The notes under the pieces are model-generated. The model ran no database searches, had not been told where the DNA came from, and worked only from the letters and a program-made list of their open reading frames with translations. Shown here piece after piece: positions 25,188 through 35,684 of a DNA stretch of 64,000 nucleotides. The first letter of the stretch is position 1. Every line of letters begins with the position of its first letter. The stretch lies in NCBI GenBank assembly GCA_039621445.1, contig CP154954.1:3663715-3727714 (forward strand), in the 5' to 3' direction. Both the position numbers and the translations under genes were made by a program. The stretch is from Euglena gracilis (taxonomy: Eukaryota).

Positions 25188-25360
25188 ATGACATCATGGG
25201 TGTGGTCACATTTTCAAAAGAATGGCTCCATGGCACGATGCAAGGTGCTTGACCTGAACAACAAGGAGTGTGGGGAGCTGCAAGTGTGCTGCAAGTGGTC
25301 CACATAATCTCTGTCTTACCATCTTACGGAAGTACATCACCTCCAGAATGGTGAACCCGC
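25188..25360 (+). pseudogene. BED zinc finger of a decayed hAT transposase
   Basis: MTSWVWSHFQKNGSMARCKVLDLNNKECGELQVCCKWST*SLSYHLTEVH fits the SxVWxxF...C...C...STxxLxxHLxxxH pattern, with an in-frame stop. Confidence 0.7.
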
Positions 25361-25639
25361 ACGCAAACATCCAGAGTTGCCGGGGACCCGCCTGAAGAGA
25401 AAACCCCGGCCAAAAAAAAACAGCAGGGGAGCCGCAAAGCAGGAGCATATAAAGGCGGGGGCCTGTGGTGGCTCACAATACCCCCCCCCCATATTGTCCC
25501 CCCCCCATATTGTCCCTCGGCCCGGCCGACGAGGGGTTTTTTTGGCTCGGTCAATGAAATTTCCTTTGGTACCCCCATATTGTCCCCCCCCACATTGTCC
25601 TGTCGGGCCTCCTGGGGAGAGGTCGGTGGGACAATATGC

Positions 25640-26352
25640 CAGGGGGGGGAAATTATGCGGTCTGGCAGGCGGGGAAAAAATGCGGAAATTATGCGGAAAA
25701 ATGCGGAAAAATGCGGAAATTATGCGGAAATTATGCGGAAAAAAAATGCGGAAAATATGCGGAAAAATGCGGAAAATGCGGAAAACATGCCGAAATTCTG
25801 TGGAGTCCCAGGTCACATGGAGAGGATAGATATATTTCTACCTCACAATATGCAGGGTCCCGATGCTATTTGATTCCCATCGCTGATGCCCAAGCTTGCC
25901 AGAAGTCACCAAAATGCAATGGAAAAACAAAGCACAAATTATGTATAAAACAGAGAGATGAAAAGACGAGCACTTGTGCCCCAACATATTGGGAAACAAT
26001 GAACCTTGTAGTCGACCTGAAACGTAAAAAATTCACAAAAAATGCGGAAATTATGCGGAAAAATGTGGAAATTATGCGAAAAAATGCAGTAATTATGCGG
26101 AAAAATGCGGAAAATGCGGGATAATGCGGAAATTATGCGGAAAAATGCGGAAAAATGCGGAAAAATGCGGAAAAATGCGGAAAAAATGCGGTCAAATGCG
26201 AAAATGCGGAAAAATGCGGAAAATTTACAAAAAAAATGCGGAAAATATGCGGAAAAATGCGGAAAAATGCGGAATAATGCGGAATAATGCGGAAATGCGG
26301 AAAAATGCGGAATAATGCGGAATAATGCGGACCGCATAATTTCCCCCCCCTG
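25640..26352. mobile_element. 713-bp non-autonomous hAT-like element with (AATGCGGAAA)-type subterminal minisatellites
   Basis: TIR CAGGGGGGGGAAATTATGCGGTC / GACCGCATAATTTCCCCCCCCTG. Flanks CAATATGC / CAATATGG match 7 of 8 as a TSD. It is inserted in the right end of a MITE starting at ~25481. Confidence 0.8.
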
Positions 26353-26908
26353 CAATATGGGGGGTAATGTGGGGCTGGTGCAGCCATGGAACTATTTGTT
26401 CCTAAAGCCCGGGAGAGCGCCTAACCTTCATTTTTGAACAGTTAACTAACGTCCCCCCCTATTTGCCCCCCCCCCTAATTGACCAGAGCCCAGGTGGCAA
26501 ATTAGGGGGGGGGTTACTCATTTCAAGGGAAAATGCCTTTGTTCGGGTGTTTTTCGGGGGTTCGCGACTATGAAGGACGGGGCCCAGGTGGCCAATTAGG
26601 GGGGGGGGGGTTAGGGGTAAAGTTTTTTTGCAACAGACAGGGTCCGCTGCTGTGAGTTTCAAACAAAGCAACAACAAATGCACAGAAATGGATCTGTCAA
26701 GGCTCCTCATGCATGCATGCATTGAGACCATTTGGTGATGACATCTTCCTCCACCAACCCACCAGTTTGCTCTCAAAGGGTAACCTCCATCTTTACCCCT
26801 GTTGTCTCACATCAGCTGTCAGACGTCACTTCCCAGTTCTGTCTTTTTCAGCCAAACTTTGGGCCACTGGCTGCACCAACATCCGTTGTCTGTCCCCGTT
26901 TGTCACTT

Positions 26909-27090
26909 ACCACCCCCCCCCCCCTTTATTGTCCCCCCCCCTTTATTGTCCCTGGGCCCCGGCCGACGGGGGGTTTTTTTGGCCCGGCCAATGAAATTCC
27001 TTTGGTACCCCTTTATTGTCCCCCCCCCTTTATTGTCCGGTCGGGCCTCCCGGGGGCAGGTCGGTGGGACAATAAAGGGGGGGGGGTGGT
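26909..27090. mobile_element. MITE family (ATTGTCCC/GGGACAAT); other copies at ~25481-26365 (interrupted) and ~53955-54097 (inverted)
   Basis: The core GGCCGACG.GGGGTTTTTTT...AATGAAAT.TCCTTTGGTAC occurs three times, each with inverted ends. Confidence 0.75.
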
Positions 27091-27839
27091 AGTTGCATGC
27101 ATGGTGGGTTTGCAGTGGTTGGAAATGGTAGAAGGGGCAAGGGTGATCAATTAATTGACTGTCGGGGGGGGGGGCAGTCAATTAAATAACTGGGGCCTCT
27201 AGTTAACTAACGTGACCCCCCCTATTTGGCCGCCCTCCGGGCGGCCCAGACCCCCCTTCTGGCCAATTAGGGGGGGGGACAATTAGGGGGGGGGTTTGAG
27301 GTCCAGTTTTTGAGTTAGGTGTGGTAAAAGTTTTGGCGGCTAGTTTCGAATTACCATGCTAACCCTTTGGGTGCAGAAATCCCAACAAGGAATCTTGAAA
27401 CCGTGTTTGGGCCGATTTTGAGACTTTAAAAACAGGAACAGTGTTTTGGACCAAGGTTTTAGGGGGGCCCAGGGGCGACCGTGGCGCCTTCAGCGCCACG
27501 GTCCCCGCCCCTGGGCCCCCCCTAACTCTTGGCCCAAACACAGTTCTTGACACAGAATTGGGGGGGGGGGGGGCATGGTAAAAACTTTTGGGGGCCAGTT
27601 TTTGTTATTGGTTGTGGCAATTCTTTTTCGGCTTTTGACTTGTCTGTGGCAAAAAAAAACTTGGGGGCGACGTTTTGCAGTTAGCTTTGGTAAAAAGTTT
27701 TGGGGGACAACGTTTAGTTTTGTCTGTGACTAAACTTTTTTTTCCGGCGGAGTCCTGCAAAGAGAGGGGGGGGGAAGCCTTTAGTGTCATTTGAGATGGA
27801 GCTTGGTGGCCTTGGTCATCCATGGGGGTGGTTTGGGAC

Positions 27840-28025
27840 GCGGGGGGGGACGCGGGGGGGATGCGGGGGAACTGTGGCCCGACAACCCCCACGTTTTCTT
27901 TGGTGTTACCCAAATTTGTATGTAATTTTCCTTTGGTTGACCAAAAAAATGTGCCCGGCCAAAATCCGGGACGCGGGGGGGGACGCGGGGGGACGTGGGG
28001 GGGACGCGGGGGGAACACCCCCCAT
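27840..28025. repeat. Dispersed repeat; inverted copy at ~63190-63410
   Basis: CCAAATTTGTATGTAATTTTCCTTTGGT.GACCAAAAAAA is matched in reverse orientation; flanked by GGGACGCGGGG runs. Confidence 0.8.
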
Positions 28026-28537
28026 GCATCTGCCGTGCCGACATTAAAAATTTTCTGCGCAAAGTAGCGGCGTGGAATAAATCCCTCGGACGGGACGGAC
28101 CCGCGGAGTTAGACACCTCGGTTTAAGTCCCTGCGATGTTAGTGGCACGCGATGTTTGGCGCACATCTGTACAATACTTCTACCCTTTTGCATGCTTAGC
28201 TCCAATCCTGCGCCGGGAGCGGTTCATGGCCATTTTTGAGGGCTTCACAGGTGTGTCAAAAGACCCTGGAATGGAAAACCGTGGAATATTCCCCCCCCTT
28301 GTTTGGGCCTGTGTGGAAGGGGGAAATATTCTAATTGTTATAGCAGCACCCCCTAAGAAATTTTTCTGTTTGTTTTTCAAAAAAAAAAAACAACCTCATG
28401 GAGGATTTGGGGGAATTTTTTCTGAAATGTTTTTTTTTCTAGAAAAAAGGGCTTTTTTTATTTTTCAGCTTCGTAGTCCGTAAAAGGGTGCTGGCTTTCA
28501 CACGTGCCATCAAAAGCATTCGGATGAAGGGTCTGTA

Positions 28538-28814
28538 TAACGTGCCCCCCCCCCCTATTTTTCCCCCCCCCCCCCTAATTGGCCAGAGCCCAGGTGGCCA
28601 ATTAGGGGGGGGGGGGTTACTCATTTCAAGGGAAAATGCCTTTGTTCGGGTGTTTTTCGGGGGTTCGCGACTATGAAGGACGGGGCCCAGGTGGCCAATT
28701 AGGGGGGGGGGGGGGTTAGGGGAAAGCCCCCCCCCAATTGCCGCCCCACCCATACTAGGCCAGAAGAGGGGTCCGGGCCGCCCGGAGGGCGGCCAAATAG
28801 GGGGGGGGGGTGTT
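28538..28814. mobile_element. MITE-like element; partial copies at ~26447-26615 and ~27207-27295
   Basis: About 150 bp are nearly identical to 26470-26615; ends CCCCCCTATTT / AAATAGGGGGG are inverted. Confidence 0.7.
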
Positions 28815-29365
28815 GGTAAACGAAAAAAAAACGTCACTTTCTGATGACCAAAAAAATGACTTGAACTTTTTCCTCAAAAAATGGCCATTTCACAAGGAAA
28901 AAGGTCAATTTTGCTTTTTCAAAAAAAATGTTTTTTGTGTGTTTTTTCTTAAAAAAAAAACACATTGTTTGTTCATTTTAAAAAAAACAAAAAAAAACGT
29001 CAACCCTAGCTCAATTCCGCATGGTGTGCCAAGGGGAGTGATTGAAGCTGCTTCCTGCCTTTGCTAAGTGTTTAAAGTGAAAACATTGGCTACCATTCTT
29101 TTTACAAGAGACAAATATTTCGCAAAATGCATCTGAATTTTGCAAACTCCATCATTGCCAACCTCAATTGGACGAAAAATGTCGCAACTGTCTCAGGGGT
29201 AGGCAGTATAATTGTGATTTTCTGGGGACCCCTCCCCCCCCCCCTACAGCTTCCAACCCCCCCTCGGACCCCCCCTCCCCCCCCCTGTGCCTTGTCTCCT
29301 ATGGAGAGAACGGTGTCCACGACACCATCCAGGATGGAGGAAGGGAAAATTTATATTATTTGCGA

Positions 29366-29610
29366 TCACAATTTACAGGTTGCAAAGTGCTTCTGATTGA
29401 TGAAATGTCCATGTTGACTTGCAAAATGTTGCGGGACATTGGCAAGCGCATGCGCAGAGTGTGCGACAACAACAACAGTGAACCCATTGGGGGAATGTGT
29501 GTCATTCTGATGGGTGACTTTGTTCAAATCCCCCCAGTTGGTGGGGAAGACCTACATATCAAACCTAAAACACAATCTGCAGCAATGCTAGATGCACTAG
29601 AAGGCTACCG
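29366..29610 (+). pseudogene. PIF1-family helicase fragment (motifs II-III), probably Helitron-derived
   Basis: KVLLIDEMSML...EPIGGMCVILMGDFVQIPPVG contains Walker B DExSM and the GDFxQLPPV motif. Confidence 0.88.
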
Positions 29611-31269
29611 GAGGCAACCAAATCCCGCGGTGGTGAAATGTCCGTTTGCACTAATTCCGCATTAGTGCCTGCTGTACTATTATGCTTGCGAACAGTCGAG
29701 GTGCCGCGTGGTAAATGCAGGGCGACCTTTAGCACTTCCGAATATTACCGTTGTGTGTAAACGCGAAACTAATTTTGTCCCTTTTGTCTTTTTTGTCTTT
29801 TTGTCTTTTTTGTCCCTCTCCAAAGGCGGCCTGGGGATTCCTAATTACTGCATCCCTAGGCCCGGATGTTCAGCTGCTGGAACCTGGGGACCCTGCAAGC
29901 TCGTAATGCCACAGGGTCCACAGGGTTTTCGGGTACTCCTTGCCTCCTGCTTGCATTCTCCTGGGTTTCCCCTTCCAGGTTCAAAGGGGGAATCTCCACC
30001 CATCTCTTCTTCAGATTCAACGTCATCCATTGGAGTTGTTGGGGGTCTTTGGAACAGTGGGTAGGCCGGAAGCGTTGCCGCTGTGGTAAATTGGCCAATT
30101 CCAACACGGGTCCCCAATTCCCTTTGCCTTCTCCTCAAGACAATCATTTCATCTTCCAAATCGATTTCGGAGTTCAGCTTCAGCAATAGGCACATTGCAT
30201 ACTCAGTGCAATTTCAACACTCGTTTGTGTGCTCCCACTGGGAAAGCTGAGCGCTGCCATCGCCACCCTGGAGAAACCCCAGAAGGAGAAGAAGGGGAGA
30301 AGTGGAAGTATTGGGTCCAAGGTGCTCATCACTGCCGACAAGGCAGCAGGGAGGGTATCCCCTGCAGCAGTGTGTAAAGGAGTTGTACTTCCAGGCTGCA
30401 GCAAAAAAGGGAGAAGGGTCCTGCAAGCCATAAGGCGGGCTGGGGTGAGTACAGTAGCCTGCGGCTGCCGCAGTTGAAAGCCTAGGTGTACATGGTCTAA
30501 CCCACCAGGACCAACTCGTTTGCCCTTTTTTAACTTTTTTACCAGGCTTTTTTTTTAAAGCAGGATCCCCATGGAAACGGAGCGGTGGTGGGGAGAACCG
30601 AATCCACCGACCAGTGGATTTACCAGGCCCACCATGGACAGATATTTGGTCAACAGAAGAGACGAGATGTTGAATCGAGAAGTTCAAGTTATATTGGCTA
30701 CCGTTGTGCCAGTACCCTGTCGATCTCCTGCCCTCCGCATTTTCACAGGTGCTGCAAGTAGCTCCCATGGTGGGACATGTGGTATCCATATTGGCCGACG
30801 ACCTCCTCAACGAAGTTGGAGGCGCTGGAAGATTGGCAGATTTGGGATGCATGAGGCCTGGAGGGGTTTCCGAGGGTGGCGAGTCCACTTTTTGCAAGAC
30901 CTGGTGCGTCACTCTAAGTGCAGCGGTTCCTTCCTCAAAAAGGACAAGGGCATACATGCCCGGGTGAAAACCGCAAGTACATTAAATACGTCAGGAATTA
31001 AACCGCAAGGAATTTAAACCGGTGAGCCCCCGCCAGTCGGGGAATTAAATCCGGTCGCCCTGTTTTCGGCAAAATTTTTCAGACCATTGCCGCCAGGGTT
31101 ACCTCGCTCTCCCCGCACGTCTCACCTTTTTTGCGTGTCGGTTCACAGACGCGGCAGAAAAAATAGAAACTGTTTTTGACTTTTTCATTCCCGCATTTCT
31201 TTGTGCAAAAAAAAAAGCCTCCAAACATCGAAAAATGTTCCATCGCTGGACCCTTTTTCCTGGGTTGAC

Positions 31270-32200
31270 TGGCACCCCGCTACCGAACCAGCAAGTCAAT
31301 GCCGTGGGAGTGCCCCAATGTGCACCGTGAGGGGGTTTTCAGTGGCGGTGAACCCAAAAGCTTCGTTTTGAGGGGCCGACCCTCTGTAGCCCTCAAGCAG
31401 CAGCAGCGATTTTTTTGTTGTTGCGGCACCATCCTCCCGTCCTCCAAGCCAGACGGGGGAGCCACACCTTGCAGTGTGTGTGCTGTGGGGGTGCCCTGAC
31501 GTGCTCTGGCACGGGGTTTTCAAGGGCGGTGATTCCAAAAATTCCGTCCGTTTGGGCTTGCCGACCCTGTGCATTCCTCAGACGGCACTGCTGAATTTTC
31601 TGGTGTTTTGGCACCGTGCTTCGTGATCCGGGTGACGCGTACTTTGGAATGTGTGCGCTTTGGGGGTGCCATGATGTGCTCCGGAAGGGGTTTTCAAGGG
31701 TGGCGTCCAAGAATAAACTCTGTTTTGGGTGGGCGAGTCCTTCAAAAGGCATTTTCTGGTGATGTGGTACCGTGCTTCCCATCCTCAAAGCCACAAGGGG
31801 GGATTCATATCTCGCAATGGGTGTGCCTGATATGATCAGGAAAAGGGAGTTAATCAGCCCAATGACCCAATTGCACCAGGGAGCTCGCGCTTTGGAGGTA
31901 AATGCAGCCCTCGGCAAGGGCTCTCCGGCCCGTGTGCCAGGACGTGCTCGTGTCAGATTTCGCGTTTTTTTTAGGGAAAAAAGGCCGCTTGCCAACGAAT
32001 GTTGGCCCGTGCCACTTCTCGAAGGGGGGGTGGCATATCTCTGAATGGGTGTGGTTTGGAGGCCCTCTAGCGCGCTCTGGCAAGGGTTTTTCGAGGGCAG
32101 CGATTTCAAAAAAAGGGCTCTTTTTGGTTCCACGAGCCCTTTCTGCCCCGCCGCCCCATTTCCTTGGAATTTTGTGGAGCTTCGCTGCTTGATATTTTTG
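31270..32200. repeat. Degenerate tandem repeat, unit ~180-200 bp
   Basis: GGGTTTTCAAGGG.GG.GATTCCAAAAA-like motif recurs at ~31333, 31514, 31688 and 32084. Confidence 0.5.
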
Positions 32201-34919
32201 CGGCAACACACAAGGCTCGTGCGTGAGCACGGGCCGCCGCGCTCAGCTACGGGGGGGGGGTACATATCTCAGAGGGATGCCGTCGAAGCGATATTGAATT
32301 AAGCAAGGGAATTGGCCGGCCAAGCCCAGCCAACAAATCAGCCAACAAAAATGCACATTTTTGGTATCCGGGGGAGGGGAACTGGAGGACGGGGCTGGAT
32401 TATAAATGTAGCCCTCGGATAGGGCCATCCGGCCCGTGCGTCAGCACGGGCCATCGATCCACGGGCGAGGAAGAGACAGGGCCTTTTCCATCCGTTTGGC
32501 CCATCACGCGCCTACCAAAGCTTCTAGTACTTGGACTAATAAGTTGTACTTGAACATGAAACTTGACAACTTGTACTTGATAATCCCAGCTTGTAACGAA
32601 CCCCGCCAGGGGTCTCAGCCATGCGACATGTCGAAAAAAAAAAACAAGCAGAAAAGCCACAGTGATTAGGAACTAGAGTAGGAACGGAGGACTAGAGTAG
32701 GAACGGACTACAAGAGTATGAAAAGTTTAAAGACTCAAATTCATACTTGAATAATTGGATCTAACCTACCTTCTTAAACACGAATCATTCGGCGATATCA
32801 CTGATTTTGTTTTGAATGAGTGTAGTGTTGAATTTACAGAAAGCAAGCACCATCGCCGAAGCACCGCCAAAGCAGGTGTTGTGTGTTGCTAAAAAACAGA
32901 AAATTTTTGGAGCAAATTTACGTCAAAACAAACAAAAGCAAAAACTAAACAACCCGTTTACTAAAGTAGAAGCAAATGGGCAGGCAGGCGCCACGTTCCA
33001 CATGTGTAGGTGGAGGGGCAGGGACTATCGTGCCTCTCATCATACCTTCATTGTGCGGGGTATTCAGGTATCCGCAACACTTTTTGGGGGCCTCCCCAAC
33101 AATTGCTCTTTGACGTGCGGCTCATTCAAATGCCCACAACTTGTTTTTGCTCATCTTTCTTTGGTGTACCCGTTGCGGGGAGTACTTTCTGGGCGTGGGC
33201 TTCAGGATCTGCCATTTTCGCTAAATTCCACAACATAACTTCAGGATCCCAAGCCTCCAAGCCTCCTCATGGTGATCCGCAACTTCCAACAAACGATATC
33301 AACACAAGCTTGAGGCACACAAGATGTGCATGCAGGATTTAGACGTTGGATGTGGACACTTGCAGTTGTGGTCAGGAGTTGTCAAAGAATTACTTATGGT
33401 CTGCCCAATTTGCCAGCAGGATTTCGAACCTTTAACCTCCAGCCCCGAGATACCTCCTTTTGAAAGTTTAGACCATTTAGGAAATTCCACGCGTGTGGGG
33501 GACAATTTTTCGCAGTGCGATGACAGACCATTAAGGAGTTGAGTGTTTCTCCCCAAGCGTGCAACCGAACCATACCTTACCCTTTTTGGGCCAATTTTTT
33601 ACCATTCTGTCCAAAAAAAAAGAGGAGAACTAAATGGTTCCCTTTTGGTGGGAGAAAACAAAAGAACACAAATGTTTTCTCAACATTATTTTTGTGAAAA
33701 GAACGAAGAGCAAGATTATGTAACATTTAATGTTTGGATAAACAAACCAAACAAAAGAGCAAGTGTGTGTAACCTGCAACTCGTGTTAAAATCAATTTTG
33801 CAGCAATTTTCCAAAAAAACGACGTAAATCAGGTTCACAATGAATTTCATTTGTTTATCACAGCCCAAACTGGTGAAGTGCAAGCAAGGCAATTGACACA
33901 AATCGGGGCTATGTTACAAAATATACAAACTTTCAAATGACGTAATGTGAAACTTTTCAGGTACATTTTTGGAATGGGAAATGTCTCCTTCGGAGAGGCT
34001 CATACCAGTTCCGCACGGAAGGTCGGCCCATCAGATATTGTAAATTTTTTCCCGGCTTGTTTGTTTGTCCTTCTATTGTTTGGGCTGACATTCGGTACAC
34101 GGGCGGCCGCGAACGACAGCGTGGCCATGGTCCATTAGTTTGAGAATTTTTTTCCTTTGCCAAACCTTTTCTTCAATTAAAATAAAGGCACAATTGAATG
34201 GACAGTTTGTTGTGCTGGTTGAAACAGAGGAATGAAGAACTAATGGGTTTGCACTTTGACCTCTTTCTACGTTGACATTCGAAGGTATGATCCCTGATAT
34301 TGGTCTTGTTTTGCTCTTTTGCGGTGTTTGTAAACTCCCGAGAAACTTTTGTTGTCATGTGCTTTTGAATGCAGCTTTTGCAGCTTTTTGTTTTTGTTAT
34401 GCGGGTACGTAATCATACCAGATCACCTCCTTATAATTGCATTTATTGCATTCTTCTGTGTTTTTCACCTTCTCTGTCAAATCCCCAGCGAGAAATCAAG
34501 CAACAACGCCATCACAATATATGCACTATTCACTACAACTTTCAATGAAAAGACTTTGGAGGAACATGAATATGGTGGAGAGGAAGGAGGAGCAACGATG
34601 CACACCCAACTTTTCCCTCAAAGTTCACTGATTTGACGCCGAGATGTAACTTATGCCTATAGTAAGAAAGAACGACAAGAGCCCGAAGGTTGAAGTTCAA
34701 AATTTTGTCAATGTATTTCAGTTTTATCGATGAAAACAGTCTTTTTGCTTCTTTTACTTGAATGCATGAATGTAAAGGTTGACCTGCTGTTTAGAGCCCC
34801 CTCAAATTAGCAAACCCAAGTGATCCTTCACCCAGATTATCACTTGGACTTGCAGTTTTTCTTTCCATCAACCTTTATGAACTATTTCTGAAGATTGGTA
34901 CCAGTGGTATTGGTACCTC

Positions 34920-35566
34920 TGCTACCAGTTTCCCAGGGGGGGTCCCGGTCTCGCTGGGGTTCCGGCAGGGTGGGTCCCGGGTCACGGATCCGGCGAGGGG
35001 GGGTGCGCGGGTGGGCTCAGCCCCCACGGAGGCCCTGGGAAGCTCCGTGGGTGCTTGGAATGGGTTGGGATCCATTTTTTAATATTCCCGGCGGCGGAGT
35101 GGAGGGGGGTGCCTCCTGCGATGCCTCTGGGGGTCTGCGGAGCCGCTTAGGTGGGCCCTCGCAGGGGGGGAAATTGAGGGGGGACAGAGGGGGGGCGGAA
35201 AAGCCCGGGTGCTAGGGGTTTTCAGGGGGTGTTTCCCACCCTTATAGCCACTTAGCCCAGCCAAATCCAGCAAGTACCTTTGAAATTGCCTTGGGGCGCT
35301 CCTGGTAGGCCAATTCCTTGAGGTTTTCTTTGATCTCCTTGAAGGTAATTTCTCCTTTGGCAGTTTCCTTTGGTTTCTTTGAAATCTTTGTATTTGATTG
35401 AATTGAACAATTGAACTTGAAAACTTGAATTCCAATGCACAAATCAGATTGAATCCATGGAAACAAGGGAGCCTGCGGAAGGCAAATGCAGAAAGGGGGT
35501 GGTCAGGTAGTAGCGGAGGGTTCCGCTACTTTGTGTGCGCATGCGCTCAGGCCGCCGCCGCCCACA
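34920..35566 (-). repeat. 3' LTR of the Gypsy element
   Basis: TGCTACC...CCCACA; matches 45010-45656 except at 35206/45296 and 35350/45440. Confidence 0.95.
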
Positions 35567-35580
35567 CTCCCCTTCCTACC
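35567..35580 (-). promoter_or_regulatory. Polypurine tract of the Gypsy element
   Basis: Minus-strand GGTAGGAAGGGGAG abuts the LTR start TGTGGG. Confidence 0.85.
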
Positions 35581-35684
35581 GAGGCGCCGGCCTCGCCTGC
35601 CTTTGGCTTACCCCGGCGGCGGGGGGCGGGAGCGGTGCGCACCAGGCATCGAGTGCACTATGTACAAAAAAAAGGAAAGGAACG

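Noticed and set aside
25650-26330. CRISPR-like or telomere-like array; ORFs of MRKNAE repeats
   Set aside because: A ~10-bp minisatellite without unique spacers, lying inside a TIR element.
29845-31017. Coding-like ORFs (e.g. 30214-30957), and similar stretches at 6250-6800, 46700-47250 and 60480-60770
   Set aside because: No recognisable motifs; probably decayed TE sequence that I cannot assign.
34916-34919. Extending the Gypsy LTRs by CCTC (left) and CT (right)
   Set aside because: TG...CA termini and the abutting PPT fix the ends, and extending them still gives no TSD.
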